Assembly (NCBI GenBank): GCA_046563655.1
Contig: CM102289.1
Location: 9,486,001-9,550,000 of the forward strand
DNA: 64,000 nucleotides
Direction: 5' to 3'
Origin: Yuukianura sp. NJ FZ-2021
Lineage: Eukaryota
Below, one piece after another: positions 13,501 to 24,834 of the stretch. The stretch's first letter is position 1; every line of letters starts with the position of its first letter. The notes beneath the pieces are model-generated. The model was not told the DNA's origin. It searched no databases and worked only from the letters and a program-made list of their open reading frames with translations. The translations under genes were made by a program, and so were the position numbers.

Positions 13501-16500
13501 ATAAATCCTGGCCATGTCGTAGGAAGCCTATAATTATGATGTAGGCTTGTCAGCCTTTGGAAATCCACCCTAACCCCACAGATTTTGCAACACTTTTCAA
13601 AATTTGTGTTTCATGTAGACACTAATTACGTATTTGGCCAAAAACTCGTGTTTGGGATTAGAGAGCGTAATTCCAACTTTCAAAAATATTGCATGTCACA
13701 TTAGACCAAAATTCTCCTGTCACAGGAAAAGGTCGTGTCGAAATAAATTGAATTTTTTAGAAAAATTTCAATTTCTAATTTGGGCCAAACTGAGAAATTC
13801 AGAAACTTTGAGAAACCTTTTTGTTTTTGTACGAAAACCTCAGTTTTTAGATTAAAACGTGCTTTCGAACCCCAAAATTTTACAAAATTATAAAAATTAT
13901 GCTATTTTTGAGACTTCCGTGAAAATTTTGTGCTATTTTGAAGTAGTCAAGGTCAACTGAGGTCAAACTAAATTGAACAAAATTTTAGTACAAAGTGGAT
14001 ACGTGGGAGAAAGTGCATGGGGAGTACTGCTCTTGCTTTCTAATTAAATTAAATAGAACATGTCATTACTAATGAGTTTGTTGTGACTCAACTACTTTGT
14101 AGTTTACGTGAAAATGTGAATTCTTTAGGATTATAACGTCCATTTCAGTTTACGTTTGCTATAAACTTTATCAGATTTTGTAAATTTTGAAACTAAATTT
14201 TGAGCAAGTGCGCCACTTGACCTTATGTTGTCTACGAAACATGAGTGTTTTGAATTTTGAAAAGCACCACTGTGATATTGTGCCAAAGTGAAATGTGTTG
14301 ATGGGCCTTCATGTTACTGCTTTTTGTCATGTCCAACTTTGTCCATTCAATTTCTCTTTTCTCCCCGAAGGAAAAGGACACAAAAACATGAGTAAGTTCT
14401 GATGGCAGCAATTTGTCAACCCACAACACAAAACCTAAGCTCTACCTCCATTTGCAACATAAAAAGCATAATATAACGTTTTTACAATTTCAAAAATTTT
14501 GACACCCGAAAGAAAAAGTTCAGCGAGAACAAAAAAAAAATTTTTTTGTTCCCTTCTCTATTAGCACTCTTACGGTACAATTTTATAGCAATAAAAGTGA
14601 AAGCACATTTTGCAATTTTTTTTGATTTTGCAACTTGCGAAAAAAAAAACTCAAAGTAAAGTTTTATGGACGTCCAAAAACCATTGAATTTCAAAGAGCA
14701 ATTGAAAAGCGCATTCAAAAAAGTGAAAATGCAACTCGAAACATAAAAAGTCATGTTTTTGGCAAACTTTTTTTATTGCATAACTTTTTTTTTTTTTGAA
14801 AATCCGCTTTGGCCCTGCTTTTGATGAAATCTGATTCCGCGAAAGACTGGATTTTGGATTTGATTTGTATTTGTGTTTCTGGTTTTGTAGTAAAACCACA
14901 GAAATACCTTGGCTCCTGTTCCTTTGAAAATTTAAACCAAAACAGTGCACTTTCTCCTCCCACTTTCTCCAACTACTAACAAACAACTTTACAAATGGAG
15001 CCTAAACACCGTTACAAAGTCAAAACCGTTACAAAGGAAGCTAAAAACCGTTGCAAGTCAAAACCTTTAGACAGCTAAACACCGTTGCGAAATCAAGTCC
15101 TCTTGAAAGGAATTACAAAAGAGAAAGTCGAAAAGCACTTTGGAGAATTCAAAATTTAATTTCACTGTGTCATAAAACAGACCATAATGCAAAATCTTTA
15201 TTATCTTCAGAAAAGGCAATTAAAACAGAAAAACTACTTTTTTGAAGTGAAGAAGCCAACAGATCGTTAAACAAAAATCAATTCGAAATGACCGCCGCTT
15301 TTTACACTCTACACACGTGAAATTTTTTTTTATAACTTTCCTTTATTGCGAAAATTTTGTTGTTTTATTTACACTTTCAACGGAGACTTTTTACTACAGC
15401 TTTCTAGATAAAAATTTATTGTCAACTTTCAGTTTTTTGTGTCTGTTCCAATTTCAAAATTCGCACACTTACATTTTTTTTTATTCCACTGTGAATATTT
15501 GACCTCATTCAGTCTGAAATTCACCTTGTACATGTACAGTATGAACCTTAAAAAAAAGTGATATTTGTAAATGTACAGTATGAGCCTTAAAAAATGAAAA
15601 AAGTGATATTTTGTACATGTACAGTATGAACTTCAGAAAAAATGAAAAAGTTTTTGATACATTTTGTACATTTGGGATCAAAATTCCCTTCGCTACTCCA
15701 TGACCCTCAATTCACATTCTAATTCAGCACATAACCTCTGTGTTTACGTGGCTCTCGCTTCATAAGGTTTCAAACACAACAACATTCCCACCAATACCCT
15801 TAAAAGTAACAAGGCTAAATTTATTTTAGAGCATAAGGGCCCCCGTACCCTTAACCCTAACCATTCCAAAAGATATTCTACACGAGTCGACTATTCATGA
15901 CTCTTGGAAGGGAGAAGATGTCTTACTTAAGGTAAAAAATCCAACTTTTCCTGCCGCCTTTTTCTGTCTCCTTTCCCTTACTTTCTCCGGGAGCACCAGA
16001 AATAGAAAGTTTCGTGACTAGAATCATTTTCTGTTTCGTTTTCTCTTTTTTGCTCTCTTTTGAGCGAAAGTGGTGTGGAGAAAGTATATTATGCAAAGGA
16101 TTGATCTTTCTACCCTTTGAGAAAGAAAAAAAACTAGGGTGAGCCTTACACTTTCTCTGCAAGGAAAGTTTAAGACGGCGGGAAAAGTTCTTTTTTGTTT
16201 TGAACTTTGAACACGCTCTTTCTAGTAGAAGTTGAAATTTAGGCTTGAAGGGGGGAGCCCTTAGGCGTTTAGTATTCGCTAAGAATAGGAAACGGGAGAG
16301 CTTAAGGGTCTTCAAAATAAAAAGCCTTTGGATCCAAGGGTCTCTGTGAGGTGAAACCTAAACTTTCTCTTTGTGGCAAAAAAAGAGTGAAAAAGAGAAA
16401 AAGTTATTGCAAAATTACTTTCTCTTTGCGAAACCACGCTCGCCTTCTCTCTTTGTCTTTTCCTAGAAAAAAAACGAGGTCAACGGGATCGTGCAAAAAA

Positions 16501-19500
16501 GCGCAAAAATTTTTTCGCTTTGAACAAAAACTAAATTCAAAAACGCGTTTTGGTGGAATTTCTGTAAGAACTGTTTAATAAACCCTCGTTCCGTAGTTAA
16601 TTATTTGTTTGTTTTTTTTTTTTTTGAAATTTTCTGTCCCAGTTTAGAATCCTTTTTGAACTTATTGTGCATTTTGCTTAGAATTTATTTAAAATTTTCA
16701 AACATGCCAAATTGGCACTGTCAAATCTAATCCAGAAAAATGATTTTTTTTAAATTCTGGCAAACATTTCAAAAAAGTTGGCCACACGCATAATGATTTT
16801 GGTTTTTCTTTTATGGCGGAACCTCCTTTACGATGATGATGATGATGAGCCTGTTGACGTTTGACTGAAATTTTATTTTGGCTGTAATTCAAATCGCTTC
16901 GACTTCAAAAATTGGCGGGCGGTTTGAAACGAAAGAGCACTTTTTGAACAAGTTGAAACTTAAAACACTTTAAAGCGTTGTACTAATGCTCAAAATAAAC
17001 AGAACTCACGCAGTGCCAAACTTTAAAACGAGATTCACTGCGATTTTTAAAAAGTGGTATCGACTAAAAACATGAAAAGTAAGCCACACACGATGCGTTT
17101 CAAGAATCACCTGAAAATTGAACTTCGTTTGCTAATTCTAGAGAATTCGAAGAGACGCCAAAGTTCTAATAGAAGAATCAAGTGCTGCAGTACCGTAAAT
17201 CTCCAAAAAGTGGTCCGGTTCTATTAATTTTGAAACTGTTCAAATCATATTACCGTAATGTGTACTACTATCCATGAACTTAAACTTATTAAGCTATTGT
17301 ATGTATATTTCAGTGTGTATAATGTGGAGTTTTACGGTAACGTGCCGTACCGTAAATCTTCAAATAGTGGTCTATGCTGATCTTTTTGGGATGTAATCAA
17401 ACAAATTTACCCTGATCGATGATCGATCACCCTAATATCTATGTGGACTTATCTACTTAACTTAGGTGAATATACGTTCGCTGGCAGTTATTTGGAGTTT
17501 TACGGTATTTTTGTTGTCCACTTAAATGCTGTTTGAAATGAGAGTCCTAATTGTGCTGCTTCACACTCATACATTATGCACAGCGTTTCCCAGTAACAGC
17601 AGGGCTTGAATTTAATTGATCGACTTTTCTCTCGAGGTTCAGAGGCATTTACCAAACCATAATTCACGTTTAGTAGAGGAAATCAATTATAAGGACTCTG
17701 TGCGCTTTTGTATCAAAAAAAGAAGGTCGAAAGGTCAAAAAAGATCGAAAAAACTTACAAGGTCAAAATCACAGTTCTACTGAAAAAAAGTAGTTCCAAC
17801 TCCCATTGCTCAAATAAAATCAAAAATTCATTCGAAGACTTTTGAACATAAAAGTTGGAAAACTGCATTTTTATTTGTGCTCATAAATCTTATTGTGTGA
17901 AGAGATCACTGCATAAAAAGCTGTCTTCTAAAAAAACGCGGGAAGAAAGTTGCATTTTGAATTTACATTTAAATGGAACTGATTCAATAGATTTTGGATT
18001 TCCTGCTAAGCTAAACTAGTGTTACATAAAACTTTACTTCAAACTTATTTTATTAAGGTAAATTTTTAAAATTTTGTCCAATTTGGAAATTTTTGCATTT
18101 TTAGAGCTTAAAACTAATTCAAAATGGATTTCAAAGTGGGATTTAGGTGGAAATGACACTTGAATTTTGCGAGTGTGGGAACATTTGAAAAGTGGAGTGG
18201 CAAACAAAAACAAAAAGAGCGCTGGAACTGTTCTTTGGCGTCTCGTTTCCAAACAACGACAAACACTGGATTAGGATTGGATTAAATTTGATGCTTTCCT
18301 CTTCAACTTTCGCTCTTGCTGGGATTCGAACACGCGTCCGCTACCAAGCGACGACGACGCAATTTTCTGCTTTTGTCCCTGGCAAAGTTTAAACTTTCCT
18401 GCTGCTCTTTGTTTTTTGGTTTGTGCGATGGGGCAACTTGAGACAAATTCAGACACAGCGCATGCGTAGACTAAAATAAAAGCTAAAGTTCAAATTCAAA
18501 CTTAAGCTGATCTCCCGCCTCCGGGCTCAACCAAGTCTACAACAAAGAAATTCAAATTTTGAAATCAAAGGAATTTGAATTTGCCACGCTCTGGAGTAAT
18601 CTCTAAGCCTTTCATGAATTTGACACAATTTTCAAATTTTAATCAAATTTTAACTGGTTTTAATCAAATTCAAATGTTGAAAAGAATCGATTTTTGCATT
18701 TTTAAGAAAAAAATTTTTGAAGTTAGTAAAAATAAAAATGTAGGGCAAGCAAAATTACTTTCAAACTTTTGCGAAATAGTTTTGGAATGAAGTTGTGTAG
18801 GGATCCAAATTCTTAAAATATTTCAGCACATTCTTCTAAAGTCCTAAACTCCATTGTGTAATACAGGCGGAAATGATTACTTCATTTAAATTTCTATGCT
18901 TAAAACTCACTTTACTTTCACTTTTAAACTTTAGACTCTAGAACACTACTGCAAAAATTTTGGCAAAAGATTTCAATTCCAACGGAATTTTATAATTACG
19001 AAACCCAAAACAGCACTTTAGTTACTGTGCGTAGGTTTTCAGAAATTCTAAAATTTTAATCACCCGATTCTGTTTTTATCCAAAGTTCAAATCTTCTTTT
19101 TTAAATCAAAGTAAAAGTTTTAAATTACAAAGTTTTCGAGCGTGTTGCTCTAAAATGTTGTTGACAGGCTTTTAATTGGTCCTAAGCACTTTCATCTCTA
19201 CTTTTGTCATGTTTTTGAATTTTGACGCCAAAAAACAACAACAACCACGCCTTGTACACCGAAAAAGTTTGGAAAAAGGCGGGAAGATTCAAGTTTTTGA
19301 AGAAAAAAAAATGGAACCGTGTGTGCAAAAAAGCTAAAAACGAGACGAAGGGGAGGAAGATTGATGTGAAATCGTGATAATTCCCATCTGTTTCTCCATT
19401 AGCTTCTATTTTCGTCTATTATTAGAAAATGATCCCCCTACAAAATGGCAAACACTGAAATTGATAACTTCCAGAACACAACAAAAAATGCTGGATACTG

Positions 19501-20309
19501 GATATACTGGATGCTGGATACTGGATATACTGGATGCTGGATACTGAATGCTTGATAGTTGTTATACTGGATACTGGAATATAACCTGCCTAAAACCTAA
19601 TCTTTCTACCAAAGATTCCAGAGGATTCTCATTTCTTACCAAAAAACGAAACGGAACGTGATGTGGTTCAGTGATTTTTGAAAAAAGAGAACAAAAAAAA
19701 ACAAAAAGTGGCGTTTGAGTTCTAAATTTGTTCAAAACGACAACGTTTTAAGTTGAAGGCGGTTCCATTCGAATTCAAAAAGTCGTATCGTGTAAAGTAG
19801 ACGAGCGGAAATGCTTCAAAGAGATTTCCTGTTCTGAATGACATCCTCCGCCTCAAAAAAGATCTTTTACCGCTACTTTTCCATAGTCTAAGTTTCGTTT
19901 TTCACAAAAAAAAAGTTTTTCAAGTTTTGGTTCAACGATTTAAAAAAGATGCGTGAAGTTTAAGTGTTGCCGCCAAAGGCCAAAAAATGAAAATCGAAAA
20001 TTCAAATCCGCGAGTTTCGATTTGCCCCAAAAATGGACTAAAAATCCCAAAATTTCAAACAATTCTTAGATTATGTTGCAAATACTCAGATTATATTGTG
20101 AAATACTAGTGTTATGAGTTGCTATCGTATGAAATTCAAAACTAAACTTAAGAATTGTGTAAAGTGTGAACCTTAAAGTGGCACTTACCACTCTCGGTGA
20201 GTAGGATTAGTAGGAAAATCCATCTGAGACTGGTGAGCCACTCCAGAAACGACACAACGTGAACTTTTGTCCTCTGCAGACCCTCACTTTGACCAACGCT
20301 GCTTCCCAT
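1505..20309 (-). CDS. Dpr-family (defective proboscis extension response) immunoglobulin cell-adhesion protein, 5' part; gene continues beyond the left edge
   Basis: Exon 1707-1505 (CAG acceptor, GTAAGT donor) encodes PYIDKVASPNVTALLGKNAYLNCKVKNLGDKT, the typical Dpr Ig1 start. Exon 20309-20189 (ATG...WIFLLILLTES+G, GTAAGT donor) is 40 codons+1 nt; its phase 1 matches the CG start of the downstream exon. The paralog number cannot be assigned by eye. Confidence 0.85.
2028..2420. repeat. Degenerate ~30-bp tandem repeat (consensus approx. AAATCCGCTGAATTTCCCCGATTTTTCCTC), roughly a dozen copies
   Basis: Directly visible periodicity; it also generates the repetitive ORFs 1871..2188 and 2031..2219. 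Confidence 0.9.
4068..4128. repeat. Near-perfect ~60-bp palindrome/hairpin
   Basis: TCTGGAGTAGGTTAACCTAAC-T-GTTAGGCTAACCTACTCCAGA, with flanks AAGATTGAA / TTCATCTT also complementary. Confidence 0.85.
5011..5036 (-). mobile_element. tRNA-derived B-box fragment (probable SINE relic)
   Basis: The minus strand reads GTGGGTTCGAATCCCGG (T-arm/B-box consensus); there is no complete cloverleaf. A related fragment lies at ~18317-18340. Confidence 0.4.
5190..5355. repeat. Degenerate ~30-bp tandem repeat (AAATTCAAAAAAA..TCCCGCC)
   Basis: About 5 visible units, most pairing TTCAAA with TCCCGC. Confidence 0.7.
7680..7777. repeat. ~19-bp tandem repeat (AAAAAATGCGGGAGACTTC), about 5 units
   Basis: Directly visible. 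Confidence 0.85.
9044..9210. repeat. ~29-bp tandem repeat (AAAAAAGTTGCAGTTTTGACAGTTTTT)
   Basis: About 5 degenerate copies visible. Confidence 0.8.
11530..11612. repeat. ~23-bp tandem repeat (ATTTAACATTTTCCATAAC..)
   Basis: 3-4 visible copies. Confidence 0.75.
15001..15090. repeat. Short degenerate tandem repeat (AAACCGTTACAAAG)
   Basis: 4-5 degenerate copies. Confidence 0.65.
15526..15670. repeat. ~40-45-bp tandem repeat (TTGTACATGTACAGTATGAACCTTAAAAAA..GTGATAT)
   Basis: 3 clear copies plus a partial one. Confidence 0.8.
17191..17507. mobile_element. Two adjacent Tc1/mariner(pogo)-type MITEs (17193-17337 and 17350-17505)
   Basis: Each starts TA|CCGTAAATCT(C/T)CAAA and ends GGAGT(T)TTTACGG|TA, i.e. 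inverted termini with TA target-site duplications; the internal sequences are related. Confidence 0.75.
19489..19577. repeat. Minisatellite of (T)GCTGGA / TACTGGA(TA) units
   Basis: Directly visible. Confidence 0.9.
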
Positions 20310-23300
20310 TTTGTCCCCTCCAGCCAAAACCCACTTTGTTTTCCTTTTAACTTCAAAACCGCAAAGGGAGGATTTCAACCTCACGTTTTAACCTTAACTC
20401 CACGGCGGGATAGTTCAAAAACCTGAAAAGTTGCTTAAACTTTTCAAATCCTGGATCACAGTTTCACACAAATCCAATCTCTGAACAGGATTTGAGCTCT
20501 TAAAGGTCAATCTGCGGGTCAAACCGATCCATTTTCAAAGGAAAAACACTTTTGACTTTCACCTGAGTAGCGAAAGTCGGGTTTAGAAAATCCCGAATTC
20601 CCATTTTTGTTTGCAAACTTTCGGAGTGGAAAATCGCGAGTTTTGAAACTCCCTAGAAAATTTTTTCATTCACCTGTAGTGAAACTCAGGTTTCAGAATT
20701 CTATTTTTTTTTGCACAGGAAATCGTTTGTGAACTTTGGCAGTGAAAATTCGCGAGTTTTGAAACTCGTTGAAGAAAAGTAGGAACTTTCTTTTGTTTCA
20801 GAAGAAAACTGTTGCCTGTAAGGGTCCACTTGCTGATAAGTGAGGGGGCCCTTTTTGTCCAGAGTGAAAGTTGACACTAGTGACAGTAAATAGTTTGGAT
20901 GTTGTCGCTCCTGTCATTCTTCCATCGCTGGAACGCTGGAGAAAGTCTGGAATCTTGAAGATTGCAAAAAACGGCGGGAGTTTGACCAGAAACGGCGCGT
21001 TTTCAGCGTTTGAGGGCCGTACTTTCTCCCAAACACGGTGCTTTCACCGTGTTTCCTTCTCAGAACTTGAAGAGCAAAGGGTGGTGAGTGGAGCTAGCGG
21101 CGGATGTTAGCACTTGAACGTCCTGAAACGAACTAAAAAGCGGCAGAACTTAGAGTTGGAGAGGCTTACAGAATTCAGACGCTGCTGCTCTGCTCTGGTG
21201 AGGATCGATAGGCGGGAGTGACGCACTAAATCAACAGACGAGAAACGAGAACACTTTCTTAGCATTTCTTTTTTCCCGGGCAGTTCGTCCTCTCTTCTCT
21301 TTTAGAGAGAATGGACCACTAGAAATGAAATGGAAAAAAGAGGAGTACTGGATGGTAACAAATAAAAATATTTTTCTTACAGAGTACCTCTACTCTCCCG
21401 CCAAAATACTTTCGTAGATGGACTCTCGAATGGGCAGCATAAAGAGAAAAAAATCTGCGGGGGAAATTTTTGTGAATACTTTTTTGTTACTAAAAAGATT
21501 GGACTGAATGATGCATCACTTGAAAAAACTAGAAAAAGCAAAAATGGAATTTCTATTTGAACAAAAAATGGCAATATTGCGTTCTTTTGCTGACCAAAAT
21601 CAACAAAACACAACAAAAAGATGAGATTTTTTCATTTTTGTTATTGAAAAAGCAAAATTCTTAAGAATTGCAAAATCGAGACGAGCTTGTGTTTGTTGAT
21701 TCAAGACTTTGCTAAAATCATCTCGTCCGACTATACTTCAATAGCAGAAGTCAAAAATTTCAAAAATTTTGGATAAATTTTTTTTAGAAATTATAAATTT
21801 TTCAGTTTCAGAAAATTTTTAGAGTAGCATCATGACCGATGTGTTTTGAGTCGCTTGCTGTGATTTAGTTATGTTAAGCATGGGAATAACAAAAAAATTT
21901 GAAAAGCGTTTGTTACATATGTGCCATAGTTGAAATAATTTGAAGATTGAAAAAAGCGGGAAATTTATTTGTGTTTTTGTTTATTGACGGAACTGAGAAA
22001 AAATTAAGTTTAGCGGAGAAAGTCTTCTTGCAAATTTTTAATGTCCTTTTTGAATGAAAAGTGAAATGTTTTCTTTGTCCTTTGATAAATTGGTTTTTGA
22101 ATTATGCAAATTTCCGTTTTTGTGGCTATTTTGAATTTGTTTACTTCGCACTTTCGGATGATTACTGGCACACATGCTCTGAAAAATACTGAAGAATCAA
22201 TGCTAACAAAATATTTAGTAGCATTTTCCAAAAAATTACAATTTCGAAATGTGTTTTGTCGTAACAATTCTCACGGATTTTTTTAAACATGCAATTGGAT
22301 TGGCTTCATTTTGCTCTCAAAATCGAACCGCTTAAATAATTTGTCATTTCGAAACTTTTTTTTCTAAACAAGTTGTGCATTCCCACGGGAAAAAAAAAAC
22401 AAAAAAAAAATTTTTTTAAGCAATCCTAACTAAATTTTTTCGCCACAAAGAGTAACGTGTTGTGGTTTTGGTTCAGTGATGAAAAAAATGACGTTCGGAA
22501 TTGAACTCAATTTTGAAAAAAAAATGTAACTAGAGCAGAACAATTTGGTAAATTACAGAATTCAGAATTAAAAATTCAGTTGAATGGTCGTCATGAGTTG
22601 AGATGAGGACCTGAGCACAACAAAATTCGAAAATTACAAAGTTTTGAAAACGAAAGTGCGCAAAAAGACATTTGACGAAAGTCTTTGTGTTCATTCCAAA
22701 CAAAATGAAATTTCAGAACGTTAAGAACTGTTATTGATTAAAATTAAATTGAACGGAGGAGAAAGGAGACAAAACGCAGAAAGTTGATTTCATGCTGAAA
22801 TGTATGACAGGTCAAAGCGAGACTAAATTATACCGTGTCGACGAAAACTTCTGGACAAAACTTTCACTGCTTTCACTCAACTGCTCAAAATTTGAAATTC
22901 AATCAAATTGTACAATCCCATTACGAGGAACAAAGGCATAGAAAATGCTGCGTTATCCACAGGTCATAAAAAACCCAAAATATTCCCTTAGTAATCAAAA
23001 TTTTTCATAAAACTGACAAAGTTTTTGTATTTTTTGACAGTTCACGCGTGCCTTCAATCATAAATTTTTGGAAAAACTGGAAACCCATAATTTTTTTGGC
23101 CTGGAAATGGCATAGCAAAGTGTTAATTAACGACTGAAATGAAGGTAGTAATTAACTTTTAGCCGAATCCTTTTATTTTGAATCTCCCACCAAAAATAAA
23201 CTCTGGTTACAAAAATTTTGTACCAAAAAATCAACCTTTTGTCACTCTTCTTACTAGATTTTTCCCCCACAAAACGCCGAAACACTGTTGAGGATTTTCT

Positions 23301-24389
23301 ACTTCAAATTGCAAAAAGTAAGACAAAGCTCCTTTTCCTAGAAAAGTTACAAAATTTTGAAAAGTTTGGAACAAGCAAACTTTCTCCCAAAGAAAAAACT
23401 TTTTGCTTTGTGATTTGTAGAAATACTATTGTTGTTTCGTGAAATTTGAGAACCATTGTTCAAAAAATGCAATTAAGCAAAAAGTATTTAAAGTTAGAGA
23501 TCGTCAGATAACACAAACTGAAAGCTAAAAACAGAGTTATGTTACGCTTTTTATAAGTTTTTGTAAAGTTAGTGTAAGATTATGTTAGGTTAGGGATTTT
23601 GCCAGCTTTAAAAGAAAGAAAGAAGAGAATTTGAAAAAAGAAGATTTGAGAGATCTCGGAGCCAGTTTTTGGAGTTCTCTCGGTTTAGTTTTAGGTTTTT
23701 TCGGAGGAGTTTAATTTGGAAGAGACTTAAGGGCCTGCACACCTTTTTCTGTCTTACGTTAGGTTTAAGGGTAGGTTAAGGTTAGGTTTTCTACGGATTA
23801 GGTTAGGTTTTGTTCCAGATTTATGGGAGTTGAGACCTATGTGGCAAAACCCTAATGTGTCACCGTCACCAACCAAAGTATGGGGATCACCCGGTCTCTT
23901 TCCAGCCACATTTCCACAAAATACTTCCAGTATTAGCACTTTGCGCAGCCTTTTTTCTAGAGTTCTGCGCATATCTCCCTCATGTGAGTTTAGATGAAAA
24001 TTCATTACCCTCTCCGCTCTCTCTCTAGTCGTCAATGGTTATGAGAAATGCCTTTATGAAAATTATGAAACCTGTCTTCAACCTTAAGATTCATGACCCC
24101 CACATGATGAAATGTAGAAACTTTAATTTCTGTTACAGCTCCCTCCATACCTTCACTTTATAACTTACACTTTTCTAATTTTAAAGACACGCACAAAAAG
24201 TTAGGTTCAAGAGAAAGCGAGATGGTCGTTTCAACAAAAGCGGAGCAAAATGGGCTCCTTGCCCATTTTCAAAATTTGAACTTTAGCGGTGGCTAAGAAA
24301 AGCGCCTAACATGCAGCATGTAATGTGCATTTCCGTGCTGTTCAACCTAACAAATCAAGTCACTCCTGCCTTCAGCGCTCCATAAACTA

Positions 24390-24720
24390 CCATTTCCCTT
24401 TTCAAAACTTCAACCTCAGAAATCATCGTTATCAGCCCATTGCCAAGCGAAAGACAAAACAACCTACCCGTTAATAGAAATGTGTGGCCCAGACTGTTCC
24501 ATTCATCTGCCAAAACCAAGCGAGCGTGTTGGTTGGATGAAGATTTAGAGGCATATGTCCAAATCATGCAAGGCGAACATTAAGTGTCAGCAGACGAAGA
24601 CTGTTCTTTGATGCATCATGCAAACAATGACGGGGAAATTCGTATCGCAAAAGTTCGGACCAAGACTGGAATTCTCGAAAGGAAAAGTGGGAATAATGTT
24701 GGAAATAATTCAACAGAGCG
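24390..24720 (+). mobile_element. Decayed BEL/Pao LTR-retrotransposon fragment (post-integrase DUF5641-like region)
   Basis: Plus-frame translation SPLPSERQNNLPVNRNVW..W...EAYVQIMQ* followed by HHANNDGEIRIAKVRTKTGILERK. This resembles the Pao C-terminus (..NRLSRW..FWKRW..EYL..LQ; HPGxDGxVRVAxVRTxxGxLxR) but is interrupted by stops and deletions. Confidence 0.5.
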
Positions 24721-24762
24721 GGTTAGACTGTCTAAAATGGAAAAGTTCGGCTTAGCGAGACG

Positions 24763-24834
24763 TTGCTAAGTCCCCTGACTATGAAAAATTTTACTGTGAA
24801 TCAAATCTTGCTAAGTCCCCTGACTATGAAAAAT
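24763..24834. repeat. 27-bp exact direct repeat x2 (TTGCTAAGTCCCCTGACTATGAAAAAT) with 18-bp spacer
   Basis: Copies at 24763-24789 and 24808-24834. Confidence 0.85.

Noticed and set aside
24763..24834. CRISPR-like repeat-spacer-repeat
   Set aside because: Only two repeats, an 18-bp spacer, eukaryotic context and no cas genes.
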